Source: a virus (lineage: Duplodnaviria > Caudoviricetes). Taken from it: DNA of 64,000 bases. Positions 42,205 to 53,158 of the stretch are shown piece after piece. The position numbers were made by a program, and so were the translations under genes. The notes beneath the pieces were generated by a model that was given only the letters and a program-made list of their open reading frames with translations, did no database searches and had not been told where the DNA came from. The DNA lies in the IMG/VR virus record IMGVR_UViG_3300028601_000031, positions 1 to 64,000 of that record. One strand, written 5' to 3'. Each line of letters begins with the position of its first letter. Position 1 is the stretch's first letter.

Positions 42205-42417
42205 ATGGATAAAAATACAGAAACACCTAAATTCTTTAGTGAAAACGTATGGTTAAAAAGATTAGGATTGGTAATTTTAATTTTAGGTATGTATCCTAAT
42301 ATTGTTGCTGAATATCCTGTATATGTAGATTATATTATTAAATTTGTAGTTGGTGCAATTATTTTATCATATGTTTTAAAAATGGTAGTTGGATTTTTTA
42401 AATCTCTTCTAACTTAG
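42205..42417 (+). CDS. Small two-TM membrane protein
   Basis: Two hydrophobic segments; TATATTTG promoter at 42177-42184. Confidence 0.65.
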   Translation: MDKNTETPKFFSENVWLKRLGLVILILGMYPNIVAEYPVYVDYIIKFVVGAIILSYVLKMVVGFFKSLLT

Positions 42418-42817
42418 ACATTCTATTTAATAATTTTTCAATTTTTTCTTTTCTCATCAATAAATCATAATCGATACTTTCAGCCCAATCATATATTATA
42501 TTCATGTCTATATCATTATATGATGAATGTGAATTAAAATCAATTGTCATTTCTTCAATAATAGAGTTATAAAAAACCATACATGTATTATCATATATTA
42601 TTAACTTTGATGGTTTTTTAGTATTACTAATTTTAGTATTATTGGACATAGTTAAATATATTTCATATAATTTATTTATAACATAATGATTATTATCTAC
42701 TTTTAATCGTATATTATTTGTAAATATTTGATAATTATTATTTTGTGTTAATGTCATATTTCCCTTTGAAATATTAAATTTTACATCTAATCCATCATAT
42801 TCATATATACAAACCAT
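42398..42817 (-). CDS. Hypothetical protein with RxxKIxxL tail
   Basis: RKEKIEKL. Confidence 0.6.
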   Translation of the reverse strand: MVCIYEYDGLDVKFNISKGNMTLTQNNNYQIFTNNIRLKVDNNHYVINKLYEIYLTMSNNTKISNTKKPSKLIIYDNTCMVFYNSIIEEMTIDFNSHSSYNDIDMNIIYDWAESIDYDLLMRKEKIEKLLNRMSKLEEI

Positions 42818-42865
42818 TAAACAAAAATTGTTTTTTAATTATATAGATTAAAATATAAAATGTTT

Positions 42866-44320
42866 TTAATTTAAATAACTATTTAATATATTATCGATAT
42901 CATCAATATCATTATAAGGTATTCTCAGTAAATTTATGTTATTATTTTTACAATATTCGGTTTTAATGGAATCTCTTAATTTTTGTTTTTTAAATGATTT
43001 AATTCCACCAAAATATTCATTAACTTCAAAATGTTGTTTACCGTCAAATTCAATACATAAATTATAATCAGGTATATAAAAATCAAATTTTAAGGGGTTT
43101 ATATGTTTACAGTCTTTGAAGGATTTTTGGTGTATGTGATCAATTTTATTATCATTTAAATATTTTTTTATGGATAATTCACCTTTAGATGATTTACATA
43201 TAGGACATCCATTATTTTTAATGTGATATTTTGGTTTTTGTTCAAAAATACCATGAATCGGACAAATTATTTTTACTTCAGTTAAATTATTTTTATACTT
43301 AACTAATGAATAATCATATTTATCATTATGTATTTCTTTTGAATCTTTAATAAATTGTTCATAATTCTTTCTTTTTTTACCACTACAATCATAACACCCT
43401 TTATTTGTTAAATGACTACTTGGTAATTGTTCAAAAATACCATGAATCGGACAAATTATTTTTACTTTAGTATAATTGTTTATATATTTAACTAAAGAAT
43501 AATCATATTTATTATTGTGTAATTTTACAGATCTATCAATAAAATCAACTGTTGTTAATTTTTTATTATTAGAACATACAGGACATCCAGATCCATTTAG
43601 ATGATCAATTGATGATTGATTAAAAATACCATGTTTCGAACAAATTATATTAATTTTTATCATAGTGTTTTTATAATTAACTAAAGAGTAATCGTATTTA
43701 TCACCATGAATATTTTTACATTTTTTTATAAATTGTTCTGTCGTTAATATATTTTTTGCACACTTATTACAACCTATATTTAACAGATGACTATTTGGTG
43801 TTTGTTCAAAAATACCATGAACTGGACAAATAATTTTAACTTTTGTTTTGTTATTTTTATATTTAACTAACGAGTAGTCATATTTATTGTTATGAATTAT
43901 ATTTGAACGTTTTATAAATTCATCTTTATTCAATCTACTATTACCATAACACAGTGGACATCCTTGTTTATTCAAATGATTTTTTGGTGTTTGTTTAAAT
44001 TCACCATGTTTTTTACATATAATAATAACTTTTGTTTTAACATTAATATAGTTAACTAAACTATAATCATATTCAAAATTATGAACAATATTTGATTTAT
44101 TTATAAATTGTTCTTTGGTAAATTTTTTATTTATAATCGCGCATTTAGGACAACCATTATTAATATGATTATCTGGTCTTTGTTCAAATATTCCGTGTTC
44201 TTTACATATTATTTTAACTTTAGTCTTACTATTTATATAATCAACTAAAGAATAGTCATATTTATAATTATGTTTTTCGTTTGATTTATTTATAAACTCT
44301 TCTTTATTTGACTTTTTCAT
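42866..44320 (-). CDS. Putative homing endonuclease with 6 Zn-binding repeats
   Basis: Paralog of 9517 and 14032; FDFY, IEFDGKQH. Confidence 0.8.
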   Translation of the reverse strand: MKKSNKEEFINKSNEKHNYKYDYSLVDYINSKTKVKIICKEHGIFEQRPDNHINNGCPKCAIINKKFTKEQFINKSNIVHNFEYDYSLVNYINVKTKVIIICKKHGEFKQTPKNHLNKQGCPLCYGNSRLNKDEFIKRSNIIHNNKYDYSLVKYKNNKTKVKIICPVHGIFEQTPNSHLLNIGCNKCAKNILTTEQFIKKCKNIHGDKYDYSLVNYKNTMIKINIICSKHGIFNQSSIDHLNGSGCPVCSNNKKLTTVDFIDRSVKLHNNKYDYSLVKYINNYTKVKIICPIHGIFEQLPSSHLTNKGCYDCSGKKRKNYEQFIKDSKEIHNDKYDYSLVKYKNNLTEVKIICPIHGIFEQKPKYHIKNNGCPICKSSKGELSIKKYLNDNKIDHIHQKSFKDCKHINPLKFDFYIPDYNLCIEFDGKQHFEVNEYFGGIKSFKKQKLRDSIKTEYCKNNNINLLRIPYNDIDDIDNILNSYLN

Positions 44321-44332
44321 ATAATTATATAT

Positions 44333-44374
44333 AAAAATAAAAGGTCTAAATTTACATTTAGACCTTTTATTTTT
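44333..44374 (-). terminator. Terminator after clpP
   Basis: AAAATAAAAGGTCTAAAT/ATTTAGACCTTTTATTTT. Confidence 0.75.
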
Positions 44375-44379
44375 ATCTA

Positions 44380-45042
44380 TTAAACACCAATGATCTTATC
44401 GATGGCCCCATAATCCTTTGCCTCAATTGATGTCATCCAATAATCTCTATCACAATCCCATTCCACTTTTTCATAAGGTTGACCAGTTTTATCTGATATT
44501 ATCTGATAAAGTTCATTCCTTAACATTTCAATTTGTTTAGCAGTAATTAAAATATCAGATGCTTGTCCTTGTACACCCCCTAATGGTTGGTGTTGCATAA
44601 GACGACTATGTTTTAATGCACTTCTTTCTTTACCAGAAATAGCAAGAATAAATGCCATCGATGCTGCCATTCCAGTTACCATAGTATTTACATCATTGGA
44701 AATGAAGTTCATAGTGTCCAATATGGAATATCCCGCATAAATCCCACCGCCCGGACTATTCAGATAAAGGTGAATTGGGCTATTATTATCATTAGATTGT
44801 AAAAATAACAGTTGTGCAGTAATAATATTACTTACTGTATCGTCTATTGCGGTGCCAAGAAAAACAATACGATCCATAAGTAATCTACTGAATACGTCCA
44901 TACTAGCTACATTCATCTGTCGTTCTTCAATAATAGATGGATTAATATAACCACCGATAACTTTTCCATATTGGTGCATTGCAGTGGCACTAACACCCAT
45001 GTCTTTTCTAAATAAATTAAAATCTTTTCCTAAGTTTGTCAT
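44380..45042 (-). CDS. clpP: ClpP protease subunit
   Basis: DVFSRLLMDRI, NSPGG, AASMA, HQPLGG, DRDYW. Confidence 0.95.
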   Translation of the reverse strand: MTNLGKDFNLFRKDMGVSATAMHQYGKVIGGYINPSIIEERQMNVASMDVFSRLLMDRIVFLGTAIDDTVSNIITAQLLFLQSNDNNSPIHLYLNSPGGGIYAGYSILDTMNFISNDVNTMVTGMAASMAFILAISGKERSALKHSRLMQHQPLGGVQGQASDILITAKQIEMLRNELYQIISDKTGQPYEKVEWDCDRDYWMTSIEAKDYGAIDKIIGV

Positions 45043-45056
45043 AGTTTTTATTGTTT

Positions 45057-45599
45057 TTATTTGTATAATAGTTTATTAAGTTCTTTTCTTATTATTTTTT
45101 CTTTTTCAAATGCTTCAATTTCATATGGTCTCTTATTATACGGTATGTCAATAAAATATATCTTATCTCCCATATATTCTAAATAATATTTATCTGAACC
45201 TGGATAAACTAATGAACCATCCATATATTGTTGGATATGTACCATTTCATGTGATAACAATGTTTTTATCATGCTTCTGGGAAATGTACGACCTAAAAAT
45301 ATATAATATTTATTTTTTTCAAATAAATTTGGGAATGTATAACCATAAATTTCATACTTATCAGTATTCATATCAATTGGTGTTATAAAAATGTCAATTT
45401 GAATAGTATCAATATCCATTATTTTATTTGTAATAACTTTTAATATTGTATCAATTTCATTGAAATCTGTATAATTATTAACAATAACAGTATCAGGAAA
45501 ATCAAAATGATTCATCTTTTTTTCTCTTCCTAAATATAGGAATAACAAAATTAGTAAAATTAATGATATTACTATAATAATTACGGACTTTTTTTTCAT
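45057..45599 (-). CDS. Membrane-anchored zincin-like metallopeptidase
   Basis: N-terminal TM, LSHEMVH.Q, PYEIEA. Confidence 0.7.
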   Translation of the reverse strand: MKKKSVIIIVISLILLILLFLYLGREKKMNHFDFPDTVIVNNYTDFNEIDTILKVITNKIMDIDTIQIDIFITPIDMNTDKYEIYGYTFPNLFEKNKYYIFLGRTFPRSMIKTLLSHEMVHIQQYMDGSLVYPGSDKYYLEYMGDKIYFIDIPYNKRPYEIEAFEKEKIIRKELNKLLYK

Positions 45600-45602
45600 T
45601 TT

Positions 45603-46016
45603 TTATTTAATTATTTTTTCAATTTTATTAAGTTTTAAAATTCTTTGTACTTCTTTGGGTTTTAAACATTGTTCTCTTAATTTTATTGTTTCTTTTAGAA
45701 CATTATCATATGACCAGTTGTGCATATTATCACCACTATGACAAGTATCAAAACCAATTATCCATAAATCTTCTTCATCATCATAATCAGAAAATGTTAA
45801 TCCACCATGTACACTAGTATGTTTATATAAGTCATCATAATCTATTTTATAAAAAGGGTGCCAAACAGGAATACCAACATACCCATTTCCCCATCCACCT
45901 ATCATTTCTACATGTACTCCAAAATCTTTTTGTTTAGAATATTCATGTAAATGATTTCTAACTAAATATATAGGTAGTTGGTTATAATGTGGTAATTTAT
46001 TTATTTTAAAGTTCAT
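45603..46016 (-). CDS. Conserved phage hypothetical protein
   Basis: GYV...HP, VHGGLTF, GFDTCH. Confidence 0.65.
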   Translation of the reverse strand: MNFKINKLPHYNQLPIYLVRNHLHEYSKQKDFGVHVEMIGGWGNGYVGIPVWHPFYKIDYDDLYKHTSVHGGLTFSDYDDEEDLWIIGFDTCHSGDNMHNWSYDNVLKETIKLREQCLKPKEVQRILKLNKIEKIIK

Positions 46017-47070
46017 TAAAATTTTCCAATTTTGATAGTTCTTCTAATAATATTTTTTCTTCTTTTGTTATTTTATCTGGAATATCTACATTTATTAATA
46101 TATAAAGATCTCCTTTATTGTTTCTTTGATCTGATAAACCTTTACCTTTCAATCTTAATGTATCTCCGTTTTTTGTATGTGGTTTAATATTTATAGATAC
46201 ATCCCCATCTAATGTAGGAATTATTGATTTACCACCCAATATAATTTTAGTAAATGGTATGTATAATTCATAAATTAAATTTATTCCATCTCTTTTTAAC
46301 TTTTCATGTTCTTTAACATTTACATGTATTATTAAATCACCATACATACCACCATTACCTGGTCTATATGGGGAATTTCCTTTTGTTCTTATTTGAAATC
46401 TATCATCATTATTTACACCCTTTGGTATTTTGATGTTAATTTCTGTTTCTTCATCAATTACACCAGTTCCTGTGCAATGTGAACAAGTTTTTAATATAAT
46501 ATGCCCACTTCCGTTACATTTATCACAATCTACAATTGTTGATGATATACCGAACATTGTTTTTCTTCCAATTTTTAATTTTCCTACACCACCACATTTA
46601 TCACATGTTTCTGTTTCTCCTCCAAAACCATTACATGAATTACATTTAACCTTTCTATTATATTTTATGTTCTTATCAACACCATCTCTAACATCATAAT
46701 AATCAATATTTATTTTAAGTCTTAAATCATTACCTCTATTAACTTTTTGTTGAAATCCACCACCAAAACCAAAATTAAAACCAAAATGACTAAAAATATC
46801 ATCAAAATTCATGTTAAAATTGCCCATAAAATCATCATAATTAAAACCACTATTAAATCCTTTATTATCACCAAATCTATCATAATTTTGCTTTTTTTGA
46901 GAATCTGATAATACAGAATATGCTTCTGATATATCTTTAAATTTTTGTTCAGCTTCTTTATTATTTGGATTTTTATCTGGATGATATTGCATGGCTAATT
47001 TACGATATGCCTTTTTTATTTCATCGGGTGTTGCATTTTTATCTACACCTAGTATATTGTAATAATTCAT
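46006..47070 (-). CDS. dnaJ: DnaJ chaperone
   Basis: J domain HPD, G/F region, four CxxCxGxG, C-terminal domain. Confidence 0.95.
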   Translation of the reverse strand: MNYYNILGVDKNATPDEIKKAYRKLAMQYHPDKNPNNKEAEQKFKDISEAYSVLSDSQKKQNYDRFGDNKGFNSGFNYDDFMGNFNMNFDDIFSHFGFNFGFGGGFQQKVNRGNDLRLKINIDYYDVRDGVDKNIKYNRKVKCNSCNGFGGETETCDKCGGVGKLKIGRKTMFGISSTIVDCDKCNGSGHIILKTCSHCTGTGVIDEETEINIKIPKGVNNDDRFQIRTKGNSPYRPGNGGMYGDLIIHVNVKEHEKLKRDGINLIYELYIPFTKIILGGKSIIPTLDGDVSINIKPHTKNGDTLRLKGKGLSDQRNNKGDLYILINVDIPDKITKEEKILLEELSKLENFNEL

Positions 47071-47710
47071 AAAATAAAATTATTTTTTATTAATTGTTGT
47101 CCAATAATTAAAATATATTGAAGTATCTAAATTTGAATCAAATTTAATCGATGCTTTTTCATATATTATTTTATAACCTTTTAATGTTAATTTTCTAATT
47201 TTTCGAATAGTTCCTTCAGGATATAAATAAATATCACCAAAAGAATCTTGTTTATGTATTGTTGGTTTATTATCAATTTCTAATATCTTCATAATTAATA
47301 AAAGTTTAATATTTTGTTAATATTTTATTTTTTAATCTATTACATTCTTCATAATCTTCTTTATGTAAACTCCTTATTAATTTTCTAAAAAGTATAAATA
47401 TTTGTGGTAATTTTGGAATTTGTGTTGGATTATCTTCAATTTGTTTTCTATATTTTAAGGTATATTCACTGTTTATGTTTTCAAGTTTATCAATAATATC
47501 AAATGCCATTTCATTATATTTAGCAATAGACATTATTGGTTTAATTATATCTTGATTTATAGGGTATATTGAATTTTGTTGAGCTATATCTACCATACTT
47601 TGTTTAGCTGATTTTGAATCATCTAAAACTTTTATAGATTGCTCATATAACTCTTGAAAATCATTGTATAATTCATTATAAGTATTTATATCCATATTAT
47701 TTATATATTT

Positions 47711-47745
47711 AAAAGAATATTGATGTTAAAATCAATATTCTTTTT
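47711..47745 (-). terminator. Hairpin, probable terminator
   Basis: AAAAGAATATTGAT/ATCAATATTCTTTT. Confidence 0.55.
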
Positions 47746-47793
47746 GTTAAACAATTTTTATACCTTTTATATAATATATGAAAAAATGTCATA

Positions 47794-49593
47794 TTATTTG
47801 TTTAATATTTTTAATTTCTCTTCAATTGTCATATTTTCCAATTTAGATTTAACTCTTACATCAATTTGTTCATTTTTAATTCTATCATCAACTTCTTGAT
47901 ATTTTCTTTCAATTCCTACTTGTGCATCTGAATTGTCAAAATTTAAATTTAAGTTTTCAAAATCTTCAATAAATATTTCACCATCACTACTTTCAGGAAA
48001 ACTAATATTTACTTTATCACCAACTTTTGTAACAATTATTTTATTAGATATTGTAGATGAAGATACAAACAATTTATTTGGGTGTTCTTTTATGACAAAA
48101 TAATAATAACTATCACTACCTCTTATATCTACACCTATTCTTTCAATAGTACCAGTTAAATCCATAATTTTAATATCTGATGATGGTGCGATTATATTAC
48201 CACTACTATTTAAAACTGATCTATAATTTCTAATAGCATCTTGAATATTATCACCCACACCAACGATTTGATATTTTTCATATGATACTAAAGCGATACT
48301 TTTTATAAGACCTTCTTGATCTTTTAATGCCATAACATATGTCCATACACCATTAATGTTATATGGTCTAGGAAAAGATGCAATATAATTTTTTTCTGGC
48401 ATTCTTTGTTCAGCTGACCTTTGTGCGGCTCCTTCAATTGCTCCTGATGTTTTATATAATATGGTTTTTTTAGTTCTTGTATCAACCATAACAAAACCAA
48501 GACTGGCATCATCTCTACCGACAGAAGTTATACTACTATAATAGTAACATCTTCCATCTTCTCCGTATACTATTTGTACACCATCACTTAGTTGCCTTTT
48601 ATCTCTACCACTCCAATTCCATGCACCATGTATATATCTACCCCAATCATTTACCTGACTAATAATAAAAAGACTTGGTTGTATTCTATCTACCCATTCT
48701 GGTGTATCTTCAATACTATACTCTTTAATATCACCATTTTTAGGATTTACTATTATAGTACCAATTGCATCTCTACCTAAATATCCAACTTTTTTATCAT
48801 ATAGTGTAACAACATACCATGGCATCATATTATCATCCAATTCAAAACTAATATCAGTGAATGCTTTTGTTTTATATCCATTTTTGTATATATGTCTTTG
48901 TAAATAATCACCAACATATGCACCTTCTTGATATTTTAATTTAACATCTTCTCCATTAATATTAGTTATCAATCTAACATCTTTATCATTATTAGCATTA
49001 ACAATCATATAACCAGTTGTTCCTTCTTTATTTCTTCTCCATTTCCAAAAACCAGAATGATTCAAAGGGGCAACATAATATAGTTTATTATTTACTTGTT
49101 GTAAAGTAAATTCACCAATTTCAACTTGACTACCTAACGACATATTTTCATCAACTAGTTTTTTATCAGCTAATTTAGATGCTGTTTTTTCATCAATTAT
49201 TATAATATCTTCTGGTGATGTTGGACTCATATCTATACTTAGAGTTTTTTCTTCAACTTCTCCTAATAATTTTTGATAATCATATGCTCTAAATATTGGC
49301 ATTGTACCAATTGGTAGTATTATAAAAAATATTAAACCTATTGACATTAATCCTAATGATATAGATGTTCTATATGTTCTTTTAAATTCAACATCACCAT
49401 ATTCATCAGAAGTAAAATCAAATAATATATAAACAACACCCATCAATATTAAAATGAAAGGCCATCCTACAAATCCGTAATTTAGAACAGGTAAACTAAA
49501 GTAAGTAAAAAACCAACCTGTGAAAATAACAGTAAATAAGGATATTATATCCTTAATACTAAAATCATTTTTTTGTTTATTCTTCTTTGCCAT
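47794..49593 (-). CDS. Large membrane-anchored conserved hypothetical protein
   Basis: Three N-terminal TM segments, PEWVDRIQP. Confidence 0.7.
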   Translation of the reverse strand: MAKKNKQKNDFSIKDIISLFTVIFTGWFFTYFSLPVLNYGFVGWPFILILMGVVYILFDFTSDEYGDVEFKRTYRTSISLGLMSIGLIFFIILPIGTMPIFRAYDYQKLLGEVEEKTLSIDMSPTSPEDIIIIDEKTASKLADKKLVDENMSLGSQVEIGEFTLQQVNNKLYYVAPLNHSGFWKWRRNKEGTTGYMIVNANNDKDVRLITNINGEDVKLKYQEGAYVGDYLQRHIYKNGYKTKAFTDISFELDDNMMPWYVVTLYDKKVGYLGRDAIGTIIVNPKNGDIKEYSIEDTPEWVDRIQPSLFIISQVNDWGRYIHGAWNWSGRDKRQLSDGVQIVYGEDGRCYYYSSITSVGRDDASLGFVMVDTRTKKTILYKTSGAIEGAAQRSAEQRMPEKNYIASFPRPYNINGVWTYVMALKDQEGLIKSIALVSYEKYQIVGVGDNIQDAIRNYRSVLNSSGNIIAPSSDIKIMDLTGTIERIGVDIRGSDSYYYFVIKEHPNKLFVSSSTISNKIIVTKVGDKVNISFPESSDGEIFIEDFENLNLNFDNSDAQVGIERKYQEVDDRIKNEQIDVRVKSKLENMTIEEKLKILNK

Positions 49594-49619
49594 ATTTTTA
49601 TTTTTAAGTTATTTACAAA

Positions 49620-50837
49620 TTAAATATTATACATTGGACAAGCTATACCTTTTGATTTATTATCAATTGTTATATTAGCAAATTGTCTAACTCTATCAGA
49701 AAACCATATATCTTTAATAAAATCATCATATTCTAATACTGATATACCATTTTCCCAATCAATATTATCATCTTTAACTTTTTCCGAAAAAGAACAAGGA
49801 TAAAATTTTGGATCACCATTTTCACCAGAATTTATATAAAGTGAATAAATACTTGATTCACAACTTTCTGCATATTTTTCTAATTTTTTTGCATCTTCTC
49901 TATCTTTTATAGATTTTATAAATTTTGGTTGTGAACAAGAATCAAATCCTATTGGTGCATTATTTTCAAATGCAAAATCAATTAATTCTTTAAATTTTTC
50001 ATCACTTAATCTTGTATATGCGCTTTGTACTGCTCTTCCTTTTGGTTTAAGACTAAGAAAAACAATAGCATTTAATTTTTTTAATCTTTTATCTGTTTTA
50101 TAATCTTTTATTAATTGAATAGCATTATCAAATGTTTGTTCTGCTATCATGAAATGAATATTTACCTGTTTCATTCCTCTACTAGTTAATTCTTTAACAG
50201 CATTATATGTTAAATCTTTATCATATAAAGAAACTGCAACTGCTCCCATAGTAGATGATAGTTTATCGAATAAATGAGATGTCATTCTATCACCATTAAT
50301 GGTAACATTTGGAACTACTCCATTTGATTTTGTATATTCAAAAATATCCCACATATCAGGATTAGCATCAATATCCGTAATACCAAATGCAATTTGTCCA
50401 ATTGTAGCAGGTAGTTTAGAAAATAATTTTTTAAATGTATCTAATGTCATATTTCCTTCGCCTGTTGGTAAGTTTGATTTATAACAGAAACGACAAGGTC
50501 CTATTCCACTTACACCATGGCAAGATGTTGATATTTCGATATCAGCTATTTCAGGTAAACCTAATGATAAATTACCATCAGTATCTAAATCTAGTATAAA
50601 CTCTTTAACATTAAATTTTTCTTGCCATATATTACACCACAAAAGATATAAATCAACTTTATCTTTACTTAATTCTGGTTTCTTTGTATAATCACCTTTA
50701 CCCCATCTAATAAAAAATCCATTATTTTTATTGAATATAAAATTATATTTTTCACTTTTAAGTACTTTATATTCAATATTATCTTTTATGATAGCATTAG
50801 AACCGTCAAATAATTGTATATTATATATTTTTTCCAT
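49620..50837 (-). CDS. Radical SAM protein
   Basis: DIEISTSC-x8-CRFCY, NVTING, AVS; CES...YPCSF in the C-terminal region. Confidence 0.8.
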   Translation of the reverse strand: MEKIYNIQLFDGSNAIIKDNIEYKVLKSEKYNFIFNKNNGFFIRWGKGDYTKKPELSKDKVDLYLLWCNIWQEKFNVKEFILDLDTDGNLSLGLPEIADIEISTSCHGVSGIGPCRFCYKSNLPTGEGNMTLDTFKKLFSKLPATIGQIAFGITDIDANPDMWDIFEYTKSNGVVPNVTINGDRMTSHLFDKLSSTMGAVAVSLYDKDLTYNAVKELTSRGMKQVNIHFMIAEQTFDNAIQLIKDYKTDKRLKKLNAIVFLSLKPKGRAVQSAYTRLSDEKFKELIDFAFENNAPIGFDSCSQPKFIKSIKDREDAKKLEKYAESCESSIYSLYINSGENGDPKFYPCSFSEKVKDDNIDWENGISVLEYDDFIKDIWFSDRVRQFANITIDNKSKGIACPMYNI

Positions 50838-51242
50838 AATTAATTATTATACTTTTTCATAAAGTCAACAACAGATGAATATATTGACTTAATTAATGAT
50901 TCGTCAATACTATATGATATAACATTTTTATCAAAAGAATATTCACCTATTTCAGAAAAAGTTGTTACATATAATACTTTATCATCGAAGACATTTTTAA
51001 TACTAAATCTATAATTAAAACCATTTAGTGATTTTAATTTAGATATTTTTTTAACAACTGGCATTATCCAATCAAATGATTTAGAAAATTTTAATTCATC
51101 ATCATTATCAGATAATCCACTTATAATTAATTCTTCATGATCAATATCTGTTCTACCATTTTTTTTGGGTATCCAACAATTTTCATCTACACTAAACTCA
51201 AGATTCATAAATTTAGCAATTATAATATCACCAATTAAATTT

Positions 51243-52235
51243 TTATTCATCGAAATTTGTATTTAAATAATTTAGCCAAAAAATTCTAGCTTTTGCAGAT
51301 ATAGCTTTTCCAATTTTTTTAATATTAATATTATTTTTCTCTATTGTATCTGATTCTTCCTTAATAACATCATTATAAACCCACTTCAAGTAATCTGCAG
51401 TAGATTTATCAATAATTGGAATATTTAATTCTCTCATTTTATCAATACCTTGTGTCAATCTATTTTCAGTGACAGCATAATCGACAAAAGACTTAATATT
51501 TTCAATTTCCTCAATATCAACAGTAGTTAAAGTTTTTACTTTACTTACTTGGTGTTTTTCTCCTTTAACTTTAAAAATATATCTTTTATTATCATTAATA
51601 TGTTCCCACACAATCCCTTCTCCTGTTCCTGATACATCAAAATATTTTCCAATAGGGCATTCTTTTTCTACATTATTAGTTAATTCAGATAATATATTTA
51701 TTGATAATTCAGGTCGATTAAAATTAATATCTATTTCAAAATTAGGAAATTGTAATATATTAAAAATTAATTGATCTTCGTTTTTTATATGTGCAAAATT
51801 AGACATATCTTTATAAAGACCATCTATTTTTATAGCAAAAATAACAAACATTTTAGGTAATTGGGATATTGCCACTTTTTTCTGAATACCCTTACCACAC
51901 CATTCACCATAAATAGCACAATATTCATTAAACTGAATATTATCAAATAATTTTTGATAATCTTTTTTAATCATTTCATTCATGAAATTATAATTATCTT
52001 CAGTTAATGATAATTCAGATTCTCTGGATTGAAATTTATATGTACCATCAGCATATTTAACAATAGATGAGTTAGAACCATGTAATTTTACAGTTCCTCT
52101 AAATTTCATTGTAGGGTATGGTGTAGTATGATTAAAAATAGCTTTACCATCATCATTCTTACCTGCATAATCATGACTATCTTTAACCTGTCTAATGACA
52201 TTTCTAAATTGTTCTATTTCGGTAAATTTTTTCAT
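51243..52235 (-). CDS. RNA ligase (Rnl2-like)
   Basis: KLHGSN, YGEW, FAI, EGIVW, KVKGEK; start moved to MKKFTEIEQFR. Confidence 0.8.
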   Translation of the reverse strand: MKKFTEIEQFRNVIRQVKDSHDYAGKNDDGKAIFNHTTPYPTMKFRGTVKLHGSNSSIVKYADGTYKFQSRESELSLTEDNYNFMNEMIKKDYQKLFDNIQFNEYCAIYGEWCGKGIQKKVAISQLPKMFVIFAIKIDGLYKDMSNFAHIKNEDQLIFNILQFPNFEIDINFNRPELSINILSELTNNVEKECPIGKYFDVSGTGEGIVWEHINDNKRYIFKVKGEKHQVSKVKTLTTVDIEEIENIKSFVDYAVTENRLTQGIDKMRELNIPIIDKSTADYLKWVYNDVIKEESDTIEKNNINIKKIGKAISAKARIFWLNYLNTNFDE

Positions 52236-53158
52236 TTTAATCTTTTTGGTATTTAGATATTTGTGTAATTTCATTATGGGTGAAACCAGATCTTTCTAAA
52301 GCTTCAGCAAAAGGAATCCATACATTTTCTTTTTGTGGTTCACCAGAACAATAACCATAATAATCTCTAGTTCCCCACCTATCTACAACAGCTTTAGTTC
52401 GTGCTACTAGTTTATTTTTATCTTTAATAAGTTTAGCCATTCTAGATGCGCATGATTGAAAAGGAGCACCATTACCATAAAATGTACGTCCGTTAAACTG
52501 AAGACTATCTGCTCTTTCGTAATCTTTTTTAGTTGGGATAATTTTATCAATATCTATTCCATTCATAATATTTAATTTCTACAAAGATAAATAATAAAGA
52601 TTAAATATCCAAATTTGTTCTAATATAATGATTATATAATTTCCTTTTTAATTTTCCACCATAATTATTTAACCAATTATTTATTTTCATTATCAATATT
52701 TCTTTCGGTTATTATTACATATGATATTCTCCAAAATGAATATAATACAACCCAAGTTACATAAGTCCACCACCACCCACGTACCGATGTTAATATAAGA
52801 GTAAATAACGTTATTAAAATTATTGTGATTATTGTAATAAATTCTTGTTTATTTGCCCATTCATTTGATTTAATTATAAATTTTTTCATATTATTTTATG
52901 TTTTGTGGTATATTATCATCAAATAACATTGATATACTTAATTGACTTTGTATCATTTCCAAAAATAAATACTTACACATTGTCCAATCATAATTTGCAC
53001 CTGTTCTACTAATAACTTCCCCATCATCATTATAATGTGGTGTAGTTTGACTAATATTATATTTTGACATAATATCATAAAATTTATTTTTACAGTCTGA
53101 TATGGTATCGGTGTCATTAAATTTTAATGATATGATTTCTTTTGCAATATCGTTCATT

